Numbered from the stretch's first letter, positions 1 to 9,362 are shown. The stretch: DNA of 64,000 nt from Candidatus Palauibacter sp. (GCF_965208055.1 NZ_CBDBNY010000004.1:320045-384044); one strand, 5' to 3'. The notes: generated from the letters alone by a model not told the origin. A program made the numbers and translations.

Positions 1-1252
1 TGGCGCGAAGCAAATCGTAGTAGTCGATCCAGGCGGCGGATCGCATGGACAGGGCACTGAGCCGAGCGTTCCGGAAGGCGCTCGCCGCGTCGAGCAGCTC
101 CAGAAGCGCCATTTCATTCTCGCCGTAAGCCGCCATCGCGGCCGCCAGCAGCGCCTCGCTGTCCGCCAGCAGGCCGTCGGCCACGCTTTCGAGACGGGCG
201 CGACTGGAGGCGTACCGATCCGACGCGATCAGAAGATCGTTCTCCGCCAGCCGTCGCTGAAGATCGAGACGATACGCGGCGGCGGAACTTCGGGCGTCGG
301 CCTCCTCGCGGGCGCCTCCTCCGCGATCGAACAACGGCAGCGGGAGATCGAGGCCCAGGCTGAGCCCGTGGAATCCGTCCTCCTGGTGCCGGTATCCGAA
401 GCCGATCGTCGGAATCGGCACCCAGCCGGACCTCGCGATGGAGAGTTCGGCCTGTGCGGCGTCAAGGTCCCGAGCCGCGGCCTCCAGATCCGGCCGCCCC
501 GGCAGGGCGCCGAGCGCGTCCTCCCGAGTCACCCGCGGCGGCACGCCCTCAAGCTCCGCGGACGGTCCGACCTCCTCGCTGCCGGCCCCGGGAAAGATCA
601 GCGCGGCCAAATGCCTGCGGGCGGCACGGCCCCGGAGTTCCGCCTCGGCCACATCCTGCTCGGCCTGCACCCGCTCCAGCCGCAGGCGCCGGGCCTGGAA
701 GGCGGAAATGTCCCCCGCTTCCAGCCGGATTTCCGCATCCTCGGCCACTTCTTGGATCACCGACGCGGCGTGGCGCGCGGTGAGTTCCGCCGCCTCGGCG
801 AACCACGCCAGCGCCCAGGTCTCGCGAACCTCGAAGGCGAGCCGAATGGAGTCACCGCGAAAGCGCGCTACGCCGGCCCCGACAATGTGCCCGGCGGCGC
901 GGCGCCGGGCCGCGGTACGGCCGGGCCATTCCAGCGTCTGGGAGAGCCGCACAATCTCTTCCCAGTGCTGTTCCAGCTCGTGGTCGAGATCGTCGCGGCT
1001 GATGGAAAACGACGGGTTGAAGTAGGCACGAGACTGGCGGGCCGCTCCCGCGATCTCGGCCGCCTCGGACCGCGCGATCTTCAGCGCGAGGCTGTTCTCG
1101 GCGAACGCTTCGAGAGCCTCCGCCAGCGAGACCCGGCGTACCGCCTCCCGGCTTGGCATGTCCTGAGCGGCGGTCGCGCACGGCACGGCGAGGAGCGCGC
1201 CAAGCCCGAGGAGCATTCGTAAACCCGGAGAGGGCCGCGACACGTTCATCAT
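1..1252 (-). CDS. TolC/CzcC-family outer membrane efflux protein (3' end runs off the window)
   Basis: Not in the ORF track; both ends translated by hand. Starts MMNVSRPSPGLRMLLGLGALLAVPCATAAQ (signal peptide) then VSLAEALEAFAENSLALKIAR; near position 1 reads AYGENEMALLELLDAASAFRNAR, an OEP-type motif. ATGA overlap with the CDF stop codon. Confidence 0.8.
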   Translation of the reverse strand, partial: MMNVSRPSPGLRMLLGLGALLAVPCATAAQDMPSREAVRRVSLAEALEAFAENSLALKIARSEAAEIAGAARQSRAYFNPSFSISRDDLDHELEQHWEEIVRLSQTLEWPGRTAARRRAAGHIVGAGVARFRGDSIRLAFEVRETWALAWFAEAAELTARHAASVIQEVAEDAEIRLEAGDISAFQARRLRLERVQAEQDVAEAELRGRAARRHLAALIFPGAGSEEVGPSAELEGVPPRVTREDALGALPGRPDLEAAARDLDAAQAELSIARSGWVPIPTIGFGYRHQEDGFHGLSLGLDLPLPLFDRGGGAREEADARSSAAAYRLDLQRRLAENDLLIASDRYASSRARLESVADGLLADSEALLAAAMAAYGENEMALLELLDAASAFRNARLSALSMRSAAWIDYYDLLRA

Positions 1253-2199
1253 GGGTTTCGGGCGGTGGCCAGCAGGTGGTCGACATGATGCGACTCAATG
1301 CAGCGACCGACCCTGGTCTCAACCTGAATCGTGATGTGGTGAATGTTGAATTCGTCGTACGCGATGTCCCGGATCCGGTCCAGCAGGGGTTCGACCCGCC
1401 GATCCGATTCGTAACCGGGCTCCACCAGGAGGTGCGCCGTCAGCGCATCGTATCCGGGAGAAATGGCCCAGCAATGCACATCGTGAATCGTCGTCACGCC
1501 CTCGAGTTCCTCGATCTGGTGGCAGAGGGCGTAGACATCGATGTGTTCCGGCGTGCTCCCCAGAAGCACCTGCACGACCCCCGACAGCAGGCGCCAGGTG
1601 CTCGCCAGGATCGCAATGCCGATCAGCACGCTGAGTGCCGAGTCGGCAACGTGCTGGCCGAACGCCCACACCAGCACGCCCGCCACGACGACGGCCACGG
1701 CCCCGAGCAGGTCGGTCATCATGTGCTGCAGCACGCCGGCGACGTTGGTGTTCGTCTGAGCCGGCCCGTGCAGGATCGCGAGGGCCGAAATGTTCACGAC
1801 CAGGCCGACCGCCCCCACGATGAGCATGAGTTCGCCCTGAACCTCGGACGCCCCGGAGAAACGGCGGTATGCCTCGAAGAACACCGCGATGGAAATGCCC
1901 CAGAGCAGCAGCGCATTGACGAGGGCTGCGAGGATTTCCGTGCGCTGCAGACCGTACGTCCGTTCCGCCGAGGCCGACTGGCCCACGAAACGGGTAGCCC
2001 CCAGCGCGAGCGCGAGGGACACCGCGTCCGCGAGCATGTGTCCGGCGTGGGCGAGAAGGGCCAGGCTGCCGGCGAGATAGCCGCCGATGACGGCCGCGAG
2101 CATGTACCCGACGATCAGCACGAGCGCCGCGATGAGGCTCTGCTTGCTCGCGCTGAGCGAATCCTGAGCGTCGGAGGCTTCCGGGTAAGACTGCGGCAT
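1249..2199 (-). CDS. Cation diffusion facilitator (CzcD/ZitB-like Zn exporter), paralog 1
   Basis: SLALLAHAGHMLAD, RTYGLQRTEILAALVN, HMMTDLLG, HDVHCWAIS, HITIQVE; HxxxD in both TM2 and TM5. Confidence 0.93.
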   Translation of the reverse strand: MPQSYPEASDAQDSLSASKQSLIAALVLIVGYMLAAVIGGYLAGSLALLAHAGHMLADAVSLALALGATRFVGQSASAERTYGLQRTEILAALVNALLLWGISIAVFFEAYRRFSGASEVQGELMLIVGAVGLVVNISALAILHGPAQTNTNVAGVLQHMMTDLLGAVAVVVAGVLVWAFGQHVADSALSVLIGIAILASTWRLLSGVVQVLLGSTPEHIDVYALCHQIEELEGVTTIHDVHCWAISPGYDALTAHLLVEPGYESDRRVEPLLDRIRDIAYDEFNIHHITIQVETRVGRCIESHHVDHLLATARNP

Positions 2200-2389
2200 G
2201 GCGACTACCGGATCTTGTTGGGGTTTGTGCTGGTCCCGGGTTCGTCGTCCCTCTCCGTCCTCGGCGCCCCGGGCCTACGACCTTCGCGTACTCTCCCGGG
2301 GACCGCTTCCTGCAGCGCTTCGGACTCAGCGGCGATCCTCGACCCGTGAGGTTTGAACCTACCGGGAATCGCAAAAAACGTACATGGCG

Positions 2390-3080
2390 AGTCTTGTCCA
2401 GCGGGGCATGAGCCTGAACGAGGAACGGGTTTCCACCGGGAGGTGAGCCTGAAGCGCGGGGCGATGAGATCATGGAGGCATGATCGTGACGCTTCGCACC
2501 GAACGGATTCGGACGCTCGATGAGGTTCGCGCCTTCCTCGAGGGCGGCGAGCGGGTGGGTTTCACCCGCAACGACCGGGGCTCGGCCTACGTGTTCGTGA
2601 GACGGTCGCTGGAGAAGCTCCGCCACCACCGCCTCCGCAAGCCGGACAAGGGCCTCGTCAAGGCCTATCTGGCCAAGGTGACCGGGCTCTCGAGAGCGCA
2701 GCTTACCCGGCTCATCGCCCGGCACAGGAGAACCGGCCACATCCGCGACCGCCGCAGGAAGCCCCGTCCAACGCCTTCCAGCGCCGTTACACGCCCGGGG
2801 ACGCCGCCCTCCCGGCCGAGGTCGACGACGCCTGCGACCGGCTCTCGGGACCCGCCACCAAGGAGATCCTCCGTCGACAGGGCCGCATCAAGAAGCGCTA
2901 CCGCCAGCGGGTCGTCGCCACCCCCTACGACAAGCTCAAGTCCCTCGACGGCGCCGAAGACTTCCTCCGGCCCGGCGTCACCTTCGAGGACCTCGACCGC
3001 CTCGCCGCCCGAGGCTTCCTGCGGATACCCGCTCCGCGGGTGGCGGCGAGGAAGGCCGTCGCGCACATCGCCGAGGCGGT
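2390..3080 (+). mobile_element. Degraded IS copy 1 (left end plus internally deleted transposase); right boundary approximate
   Basis: 2390-2424 is an imperfect inverted repeat of 5850-5885. It is followed by transposase-like coding sequence, and 2880-3009 is nearly identical to 5522-5650. Confidence 0.7.
2480..3060 (+). pseudogene. Transposase/integrase remnant, frameshifted, central region deleted
   Basis: GGAGG RBS; N-terminus MIVTLRTERIRTLDEVRAFLEG...VTGLSRAQLTRLIA (HTH-like); frameshift near 2765; then joined directly to the C-terminal motif RIKKRY...TPYDKLKSLDGAEDFLRPGVTFEDLD. Confidence 0.7.
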
Positions 3081-3109
3081 GAGCCGGCCCGCGAGCGCGC
3101 CGGGCGTAT

Positions 3110-3709
3110 TCAGTCGTGAATGTGGTCGTGGCGCCCCTGGTGGAACACGACGTGAAGCAGCGATCCCGCGACGAACGCCTGGTAGATTTCAAGCGCGGCG
3201 TGCTCATCCGGGAGTATTCCCGTGCCCGCCGCGAACCCGATCACCGTCGCCAGGAGGATCGCTCCGATTCCCGCGATGGCGACGGCGACGCCGTGCCGAG
3301 GCTCGAGCAGCCACCAGATCAGCAGCCCGACGGCGACCCGATGCAGGACGACGGCGAAGGCGAACGGAGCGCTCGCCGTGGCCGGCATCAGCGCGCCGCC
3401 CTCCAGCAGCGCGTGCAGGACCATCGAGCACACGCCCAGGAGGATGGTGAGGTTGTCCGTGTGCCGCGCCACCGAATGGGAGATCTTTTCGATGAGATAG
3501 AGGACGCCGCCTCCCAGCACGACAGCGATGAGGGGTCCGATCTCGCGATGGATCCAGACGTGCGGGAGAACCTGCACGGCGACCAGCACGGGGAGGACCA
3601 CGAGAACGACGGTGTCGATGACACGGATCGTCTTCGGGCGATTGTGCAGCCAAACGTAGAGTAGGACTCCGGCGACCGGCGCCAGCAGCGCAGCTATGAG
3701 CGGACCCAT
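3110..3709 (-). CDS. Short ZIP-like divalent metal transport membrane protein
   Basis: Several hydrophobic helices; LHALLEG and LHRVAVG resemble ZIP TM4/TM5 motifs; AGSLLHVVFH; His-rich tail HQGRHDHIHD; metal-gene context. Confidence 0.6.
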   Translation of the reverse strand: MGPLIAALLAPVAGVLLYVWLHNRPKTIRVIDTVVLVVLPVLVAVQVLPHVWIHREIGPLIAVVLGGGVLYLIEKISHSVARHTDNLTILLGVCSMVLHALLEGGALMPATASAPFAFAVVLHRVAVGLLIWWLLEPRHGVAVAIAGIGAILLATVIGFAAGTGILPDEHAALEIYQAFVAGSLLHVVFHQGRHDHIHD

Positions 3710-3815
3710 TCAGAATCTGTCAGGGCTTTCGGTGCCGGGTTTCGCGACGGAGGCAATGTGGGAACAGCCGCCGGGCCAGGCCGGCGGCTGTTCCCGGGGC
3801 AGATTATACGGACCG

Positions 3816-4139
3816 TTACGCCGGACCGTGATCGTCGCAGTGCCCGGCGTGCGAGTGATGCAGGTGGCCGGCGACCACGTAGTCCGTGTGCCCATCGTGC
3901 TCCACGGCTTCGTGGCCGCATCCGTCGCCGTGCGTGTGATCGCTGTCGTGCCCGTCGCAGTCGTGGCCATGACCCTCGGCCGGGCCGTGGTCGTCGCAGT
4001 GGTCCCCGTGCACATGGTGGAGATGGCCATCGACCACATAGTCCGTATGGCCGTCGTGCTCCACGGCTTCGTGGCCGCAGTCGTCTCCGTGCTGATGGCT
4101 GCTGTCGTGGCTCTCGCAGCTGTGGTCGTGCTCGCCCAT
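3816..4139 (-). CDS. His/Asp/Cys-rich putative metal-binding protein, two 53-aa repeats
   Basis: Strong AAGGAGG RBS; 107 aa with 28 His and 6 Cys; CGHEAVEHDGHTDYVV.GHLHH.H..HCDDHGPA occurs twice. Confidence 0.8.
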   Translation of the reverse strand: MGEHDHSCESHDSSHQHGDDCGHEAVEHDGHTDYVVDGHLHHVHGDHCDDHGPAEGHGHDCDGHDSDHTHGDGCGHEAVEHDGHTDYVVAGHLHHSHAGHCDDHGPA

Positions 4140-4229
4140 CGCTTTCCTCCTTGTGGTTTCGATTTCCCCTTCAGGGTTTCGGGTTCCGGAACTTCGGTTC
4201 CTACATCGTCCTCCGCGCCATCGGCAAAG

Positions 4230-5345
4230 CTAATGCGACCGCGCGGTGGCGATGAGGTGATCGACGTGGTGGTCTTCGTTGCAATGCTTGGCAGTGGCCT
4301 CCACCTGCACCGTGACGTGCTGCAGGTTGAACTCGTTATAGGCGATCTCCCGGATCTTGCCGAGAAGACTCGTTGTGTCGTCCTCGTGCTCCGGATCCAC
4401 CAGGACATGGGCCGTGAGCGCGTCGTAACCCGGCGCGAGCGTCCACACATGGACGTCGTGGATCACCGTGACTCCGTCGATATCCTCGATCTGGTGGCAG
4501 AGCTTGTACACGTCGACGTGTTCCGGCGTCCCCTCGAGCAGCACGTGCACGACCTTGGCCAGCAGGCGCCACGTGCTGAGCAGGATCAGAATCCCGATGA
4601 GGACGCTGAGGATCGGGTCGGAGATGTACCAGTCGAAGGCCCACACGAGCACCCCGGAGACGATGACCGCCACCGAGCCCAGAATGTCGGCGATCACGTG
4701 GGCCAGGGCGCCTTCGACGTTCACACTGTGTTTCGCGGACCGGTGCAGCACCCAGGCGGCGGCGAGATTGGCGAGGAGCCCGAGCGTTCCGACGATCAGC
4801 ATCAGGCCGCCCTCGACCTCGGGTATGTCGCGAAAGCGGTGGTAGGCCTCGAAGATCACCCAGGCCGAGATCAGCCACAGTGTGAGGGCGTTGATGAGGG
4901 CCGCGAGGATCTCCAGCCGATGGTAGCCGAAGGTGCGCTCCACCGAGGCGGCGCGCGTGGCGAAATGCACGGCGAACAGCGCCAGGCCGATCGAGGCCGC
5001 ATCGGTGAGCATGTGTCCCGCGTCGGCGATGAGCGCCAAGCTTCCGGACAGGACGCCCCCGACCACCTCGACGAACATGAAGCTTGCGATGATCAGCAGG
5101 GCGACGGTCAGGTCGCGCTTGCTGGCGTTCCTCAGTTCCTCCGAATGATCGTGGGCGCCGAAAATCCCGTGGTGGTGGTGATGGTGGTCGTGATCGTGAC
5201 CGTGGTGATGGTGGCCATGCCCGTGATGATCATGCCCGTGATCGTGCGCGTGATCGTGGTCATGCCCATGATCGTGGTCGTGATCGTCGGCATGGCGGTC
5301 ATCATGATCGTGTCCGCGCCCGTCACGACCACCGCTGAGGTTCAT
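4230..5345 (-). CDS. Cation diffusion facilitator with His-rich N-terminus, paralog 2
   Basis: About 55-aa H/D-rich leader; SLALIADAGHMLTD, RTFGYHRLEILAALIN, HVIADILG, HDVHVWTL, HVTVQVE. Confidence 0.95.
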   Translation of the reverse strand: MNLSGGRDGRGHDHDDRHADDHDHDHGHDHDHAHDHGHDHHGHGHHHHGHDHDHHHHHHGIFGAHDHSEELRNASKRDLTVALLIIASFMFVEVVGGVLSGSLALIADAGHMLTDAASIGLALFAVHFATRAASVERTFGYHRLEILAALINALTLWLISAWVIFEAYHRFRDIPEVEGGLMLIVGTLGLLANLAAAWVLHRSAKHSVNVEGALAHVIADILGSVAVIVSGVLVWAFDWYISDPILSVLIGILILLSTWRLLAKVVHVLLEGTPEHVDVYKLCHQIEDIDGVTVIHDVHVWTLAPGYDALTAHVLVDPEHEDDTTSLLGKIREIAYNEFNLQHVTVQVEATAKHCNEDHHVDHLIATARSH

Positions 5346-5414
5346 GGGAAACCACCGCCATCCGAGATGGTTGACCTGATTAGCTGCCGGCGCAACAAGC
5401 TAGCGCCCGCCGCG

Positions 5415-5885
5415 AGTCTTGTCCAAGTACGGAGCCGTCGTCCGCAAGTCCACGACCACCTCCGCCCCTTCCTCAACTTCCACCCGCCGTGCCTCTTCCC
5501 CTCCGAGGTCGAGGGATCCCGGGGCCGCATCAAGAAGCGCTACCGTCGCGGGACGTCGCCACCCCCTACGACAGGCTCAAGTCCGTCGACGGCGCCGAAG
5601 ACTTCCTCCGGCCCGGCGTCACCTTCGAGGAACTCGACCGCCTCGCCGCCTCCACATCCGGTCTCCAGGCAGCCAAGGCCGTCCGCGAGGCCCGCCGCGT
5701 CCTCTTCCGCTCTCTCGACCCCGCCACGCCGGTCGCCTGAGTCCCGGGTCCGCACACCGACTCGCGTCCCCGTTGCGCGACCCTCGCTCCGCCAAGGATT
5801 AGCCGGAAGAGAATCGAACGCCAACGGCCCCGCGGCCACGGCTCACGACTCCTCGTTCAGCCTCATCTCCGCATCGGAAAACACT
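5415..5885 (+). mobile_element. Degraded IS copy 2 (MITE-like): tip of left end, transposase C-terminal fragment, right inverted repeat
   Basis: gcgagtcttgtcca at 5412-5425 is identical to 2387-2400; frameshifted fragment PFLNFHPPCLFP..RIKKRY / TPYDRLKSVDGAEDFLRPGVTFEELD; right IR at 5850-5885. Confidence 0.7.
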
Positions 5886-6010
5886 CTGCCGCGGGGCGTA
5901 ACTGGCGCATGGGCGCGGCTACCTTGACTCGTTCCGCCCCCGAACGCAGCTTGAGTTAACGATCCGGACTGCCCTGTGACGGCACCCGGAAACACTCTGG
6001 CGGCATAGCC

Positions 6011-6367
6011 GTGAAGCTCATTTCTCCTCGACAGCCGCGGGATCTTCGCCGGTTCGGCGTCTTGGCCATCGTCCTCCTTCAGGCGATGGCTTTCGCCGTC
6101 CTGCCGGCGATGGATGCGGTGCTCGAAGCCGGAGCGTCGAGCACCGTCGCGCACGTCGAAGGGGAGCACAGCGAGCACTGCGACCCCGGACACAGCCACC
6201 TGCTGTGCCAGTTGTCTCGCACCGTGTCGCTGGGGTTCCCCCTCCTGATTCCGATCAATCTGCAGCTGGTACTCGAAACCGGCCCCGACACCCCGATCGC
6301 GAACGCCTGGCAACGCCGCCCGATGCCGCCCGGCGGGAGCGGTCCAAGAGCCCCTCCTCCAGCCTGA
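6011..6367 (+). CDS. DUF2946/CruR-like leader protein with C-terminal RAPP motif
   Basis: N-terminal hydrophobic segment, central HVEGEHSEHCDPGHSHLLCQL, ends GSGPRAPPPA; lies directly upstream of a TonB-dependent receptor. Confidence 0.7.
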   Translation: MKLISPRQPRDLRRFGVLAIVLLQAMAFAVLPAMDAVLEAGASSTVAHVEGEHSEHCDPGHSHLLCQLSRTVSLGFPLLIPINLQLVLETGPDTPIANAWQRRPMPPGGSGPRAPPPA

Positions 6368-6528
6368 CCCACTCCCGGGCAGATCGTCCCGGAAGCCCCC
6401 CGACCGCCCCATGGGCGGCGGATCGCAAATCTCCCGAAACACACGTTACCCGCTGATGCACTTCAGCGAGACGGCGCCGAGCTTCTCGAGCATGAGCGGT
6501 GACTGGCGCGTCTCGAAAAAGGCTGACC

Positions 6529-8757
6529 ATGGTGACAAGGCGTCTGGCCGGTCTCATCACGGCCGTATTGGCAATGGCGATTGGTGCCATCGGCTTGTCC
6601 GCGCAGGTTGAGCATGCGGGCGAGATCGAGGGCGTCGTGCGCGCGGCCGACTCCGACGAGCCTCTCGCCGGCGCGGTGGTCTCCATCGCTGCGTCTGGGG
6701 GCCGGGCGGTCTCGCATGGCGACGGCACATTCCACCTTGCCGTGCCGGGCCTGCGCATCTACACGGTGCGCGTCGAACGCCTGGGCTACCGTACGGTCAC
6801 GCTGGAAGTGGATGCGTCGGCGGAAGAGATCGTGGTCGTGGAGATGGAAGCCAATCCCATCTCCCTGCCGGACCTCGTGGTCACGGGATCCGTGGTCGCG
6901 CGCGCGGCGAACGAAGTGTTGCGCCCAACCAGCGTATTCGCTGGGGAGGAGCTTCAGCGTCGCCTGGCCGGGACCCTGGCGGAGACGCTAGCCTCCGAGC
7001 CGGGACTGGCGGTGAGCAGCATGGGGCCGGGCTCGGCGCACCCGGTGATCCGGGGGCTCAGCGGAGACCGCATCCTGATGCTCGAGGACGGAGAACGGGT
7101 CGGCGACGAATTTGCGAGCGGTCCAGACCACGCCACGGCGCTCGACGCATCGTCGGCGCGCCGCGTCGAGGTCATCCGCGGACCGGGTGCGATTCTGTAC
7201 GGAAGCAACGCCCTGGGGGGCGTCATCAACGTCGTCCGCGACGACGTGCCCCCATCGGTGCCGCACCACCTGACGGGCGCGCTGACGGGTGCGTTCACTC
7301 TTCAGGGACAGAGCGTCAGCAACGCCGTGGGCGGAAGCCTGAATCTCACGCAGCGCCTGACGAGTCACATTCCCGTTCGGCTTGAACTCTCGCGTCGCAG
7401 CAGCGGCGATCTGACGACCCCGGTCGGACTCCTGCAGAACACGAACACGGATATCCGGGAGGTTTCCGGCGGAACATCGTGGGTGGACGACTGGGGCCAT
7501 GCCGGCGCGACCTTCCGCTACTACGGCAACGACTACGGCATCCCCGGCGGCTTCGTGGGAGGTCACGAGGCCGGGGTTCGCGTCGAGATGCAGCGCACGG
7601 CGGCCAGGTTGCGCGGTGTGCTCCGGCCTCCCGGGGCCTTCGAGAGCATCGAGATCGACGCGGGGCACACCTGGTACGAGCACAGGGAGATCGAACCCCC
7701 GGACATTCTGGGCACGCTCTACGAGCGCCAGACGGTGAGCGGCGAGATCCTGGCCCGCCACGGCGGCTGGGGCCCCGTTTCTTCGGGGGCGATGGGGACG
7801 CGGGCTTCCTGGGAGGACTTCGGGTTCGGAGGCGCGCTCTTCACGCCGAACTCCACGCAGACCTCGCTCGCCGTATTCGCGCTGGAGGAGGTCGATCTGA
7901 ATCCGATACGCCTGGAGGCGGGCCTCCGCTACGACTGGGTACGCGTGCGGCCCGACCGGGAGGACCCCTCATCCGACATCGGCCACATTCGCGCGAGGTC
8001 GTTCGGTGCGGCATCCGGGTCCCTGGGGGCTTTGGCAAAGCTCACGCGGAGCTTCACGGTGGGCGCTTCCGTCGCACGGGCCTTCCGCACGCCCAGCGTC
8101 AACGAACTGTTCTCGGAAGGTCCTCATCTGGCCGCCTACGCCTTCGAGGTTGGGAACCCGTCGCTCGAGACGGAGCGCGGGACCGGCATCGACCTGTTCG
8201 TCCGGATCACCGGCGACCGGCTGAACGCCGAGGTGACGTGGTTCCACAACGCCATCGCGGACTACGTTTTCCCGCTCGAAACCGGAGAGCTGAGCCGCGT
8301 GCGGCTGCCGATCTTCCAGTTCCAGGGCGAAGACGCGGTGCTCACCGGATTCGAGAGCGCGCTCGAGTGGGCGCCGATCGGGGATCTGACCGTGGAGGCG
8401 GTGGCTTCGTACGTCCAGGGCAGGATCAAGGCGACGGACGAACCGCTTCCCCTGATCCCGCCGCTGCAGGCGCGCTTCGCGGTTGGCTACGCGCCTCGCG
8501 ACTGGTTCGTCGAAGCCGAAACCCGGGTTGCGGCCCGCCAGGACCGGACGGGACCGTTCGAGACCGCAACGGATGGATATGCTGTTTTGGATCTCGCCGC
8601 CGGAGTACGGATCACGTTCATGGGGCGGCTGAACGTGATCACGCTGCGGGGGGAGAACCTTGGCAACGCCGTATACAGAAATCACTTGTCGCGCGTGAAG
8701 GAGATCATGCCCGAAGCGGGCAGGTCCATCAGCGTGGCATATCGCGTCGTCTTCTAG
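6529..8757 (+). CDS. TonB-dependent receptor, ZnuD-like (metal uptake)
   Basis: Signal peptide, carboxypeptidase-regulatory-like N-domain, plug PVIRGLSGDRILMLEDG...DHA, VEVIRGPGAILYGSNALGGVIN, YRNHLSRVK, terminal Phe. ATG 6529 preferred over 6499. Confidence 0.92.
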   Translation: MVTRRLAGLITAVLAMAIGAIGLSAQVEHAGEIEGVVRAADSDEPLAGAVVSIAASGGRAVSHGDGTFHLAVPGLRIYTVRVERLGYRTVTLEVDASAEEIVVVEMEANPISLPDLVVTGSVVARAANEVLRPTSVFAGEELQRRLAGTLAETLASEPGLAVSSMGPGSAHPVIRGLSGDRILMLEDGERVGDEFASGPDHATALDASSARRVEVIRGPGAILYGSNALGGVINVVRDDVPPSVPHHLTGALTGAFTLQGQSVSNAVGGSLNLTQRLTSHIPVRLELSRRSSGDLTTPVGLLQNTNTDIREVSGGTSWVDDWGHAGATFRYYGNDYGIPGGFVGGHEAGVRVEMQRTAARLRGVLRPPGAFESIEIDAGHTWYEHREIEPPDILGTLYERQTVSGEILARHGGWGPVSSGAMGTRASWEDFGFGGALFTPNSTQTSLAVFALEEVDLNPIRLEAGLRYDWVRVRPDREDPSSDIGHIRARSFGAASGSLGALAKLTRSFTVGASVARAFRTPSVNELFSEGPHLAAYAFEVGNPSLETERGTGIDLFVRITGDRLNAEVTWFHNAIADYVFPLETGELSRVRLPIFQFQGEDAVLTGFESALEWAPIGDLTVEAVASYVQGRIKATDEPLPLIPPLQARFAVGYAPRDWFVEAETRVAARQDRTGPFETATDGYAVLDLAAGVRITFMGRLNVITLRGENLGNAVYRNHLSRVKEIMPEAGRSISVAYRVVF

Positions 8758-8835
8758 AGCGAGCCATCCGGAGCCGCACGCGGAAGTGCTCGGTAACGGG
8801 AGCGACCTGGACATCAAGACAAACAAGGAAAAAAA

Positions 8836-9312
8836 ATGAGACATTTTCAGCCGAAACTGCCATTCGCCCTGCTGACCGCGGGACTGCTCGTTCTTTCCGC
8901 CTGCGGCGACAGCGCCATGGAACCTGATGACGATCACGACGAGCACGCCGGAGAGGTGGAGGGCGTGACTCTCACGGTCAGCGGCCAGACCGTCGCGTCG
9001 TACGATGGGCACGATGGAGAGTGGACCGGACAGCTGGAGGTTGGGGCCGGCGAGCAAACGGCGCCCATTTCCGTGCAGTTCGTGGACGAAGAGGGGGACG
9101 CGGTGGAACTGGACGACGACTTCAATCTGCGGGTGGAGACCGCGGATGCGTCCGTAGCGGAGTTCCGGCAGGACACGCCCGGCGGGTACGGCGGAATCCT
9201 GCGCGGCGTGGCGACCGGCGAAACCGAGATTACGTTCAGTCTGGTGCACGGCGCGGTCGATACGGGACATGCGGACTTCGTAACCGAACCGCTGCCGGTG
9301 CGCGTGCGGTAA
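8836..9312 (+). CDS. Lipoprotein with acidic/His N-terminal patch, putative metal-binding partner of the receptor
   Basis: AAGGA RBS; lipobox LSAC; DDDHDEH; C-terminal VHGAVDTGHADF. Confidence 0.75.
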   Translation: MRHFQPKLPFALLTAGLLVLSACGDSAMEPDDDHDEHAGEVEGVTLTVSGQTVASYDGHDGEWTGQLEVGAGEQTAPISVQFVDEEGDAVELDDDFNLRVETADASVAEFRQDTPGGYGGILRGVATGETEITFSLVHGAVDTGHADFVTEPLPVRVR

Positions 9313-9362
9313 GCACCGGCCCGGCGACGGCCGACAGGGCTCGGCCGTTCGCAGGAGTCCCG

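Noticed and set aside
5876-6000. Near-repeat ggaaa(a)cactctg at the IS right end and about 110 bp downstream
   Set aside because: Both copies lie on the same side of the element, so it is not a target-site duplication; too short to interpret.
5890-6010. Possible cobalamin riboswitch upstream of the TonB receptor operon (tccggactgccctgtga)
   Set aside because: Only a partial resemblance; the GGGAA and CCCGCxACTGT elements are not present. An Rfam scan would settle it.
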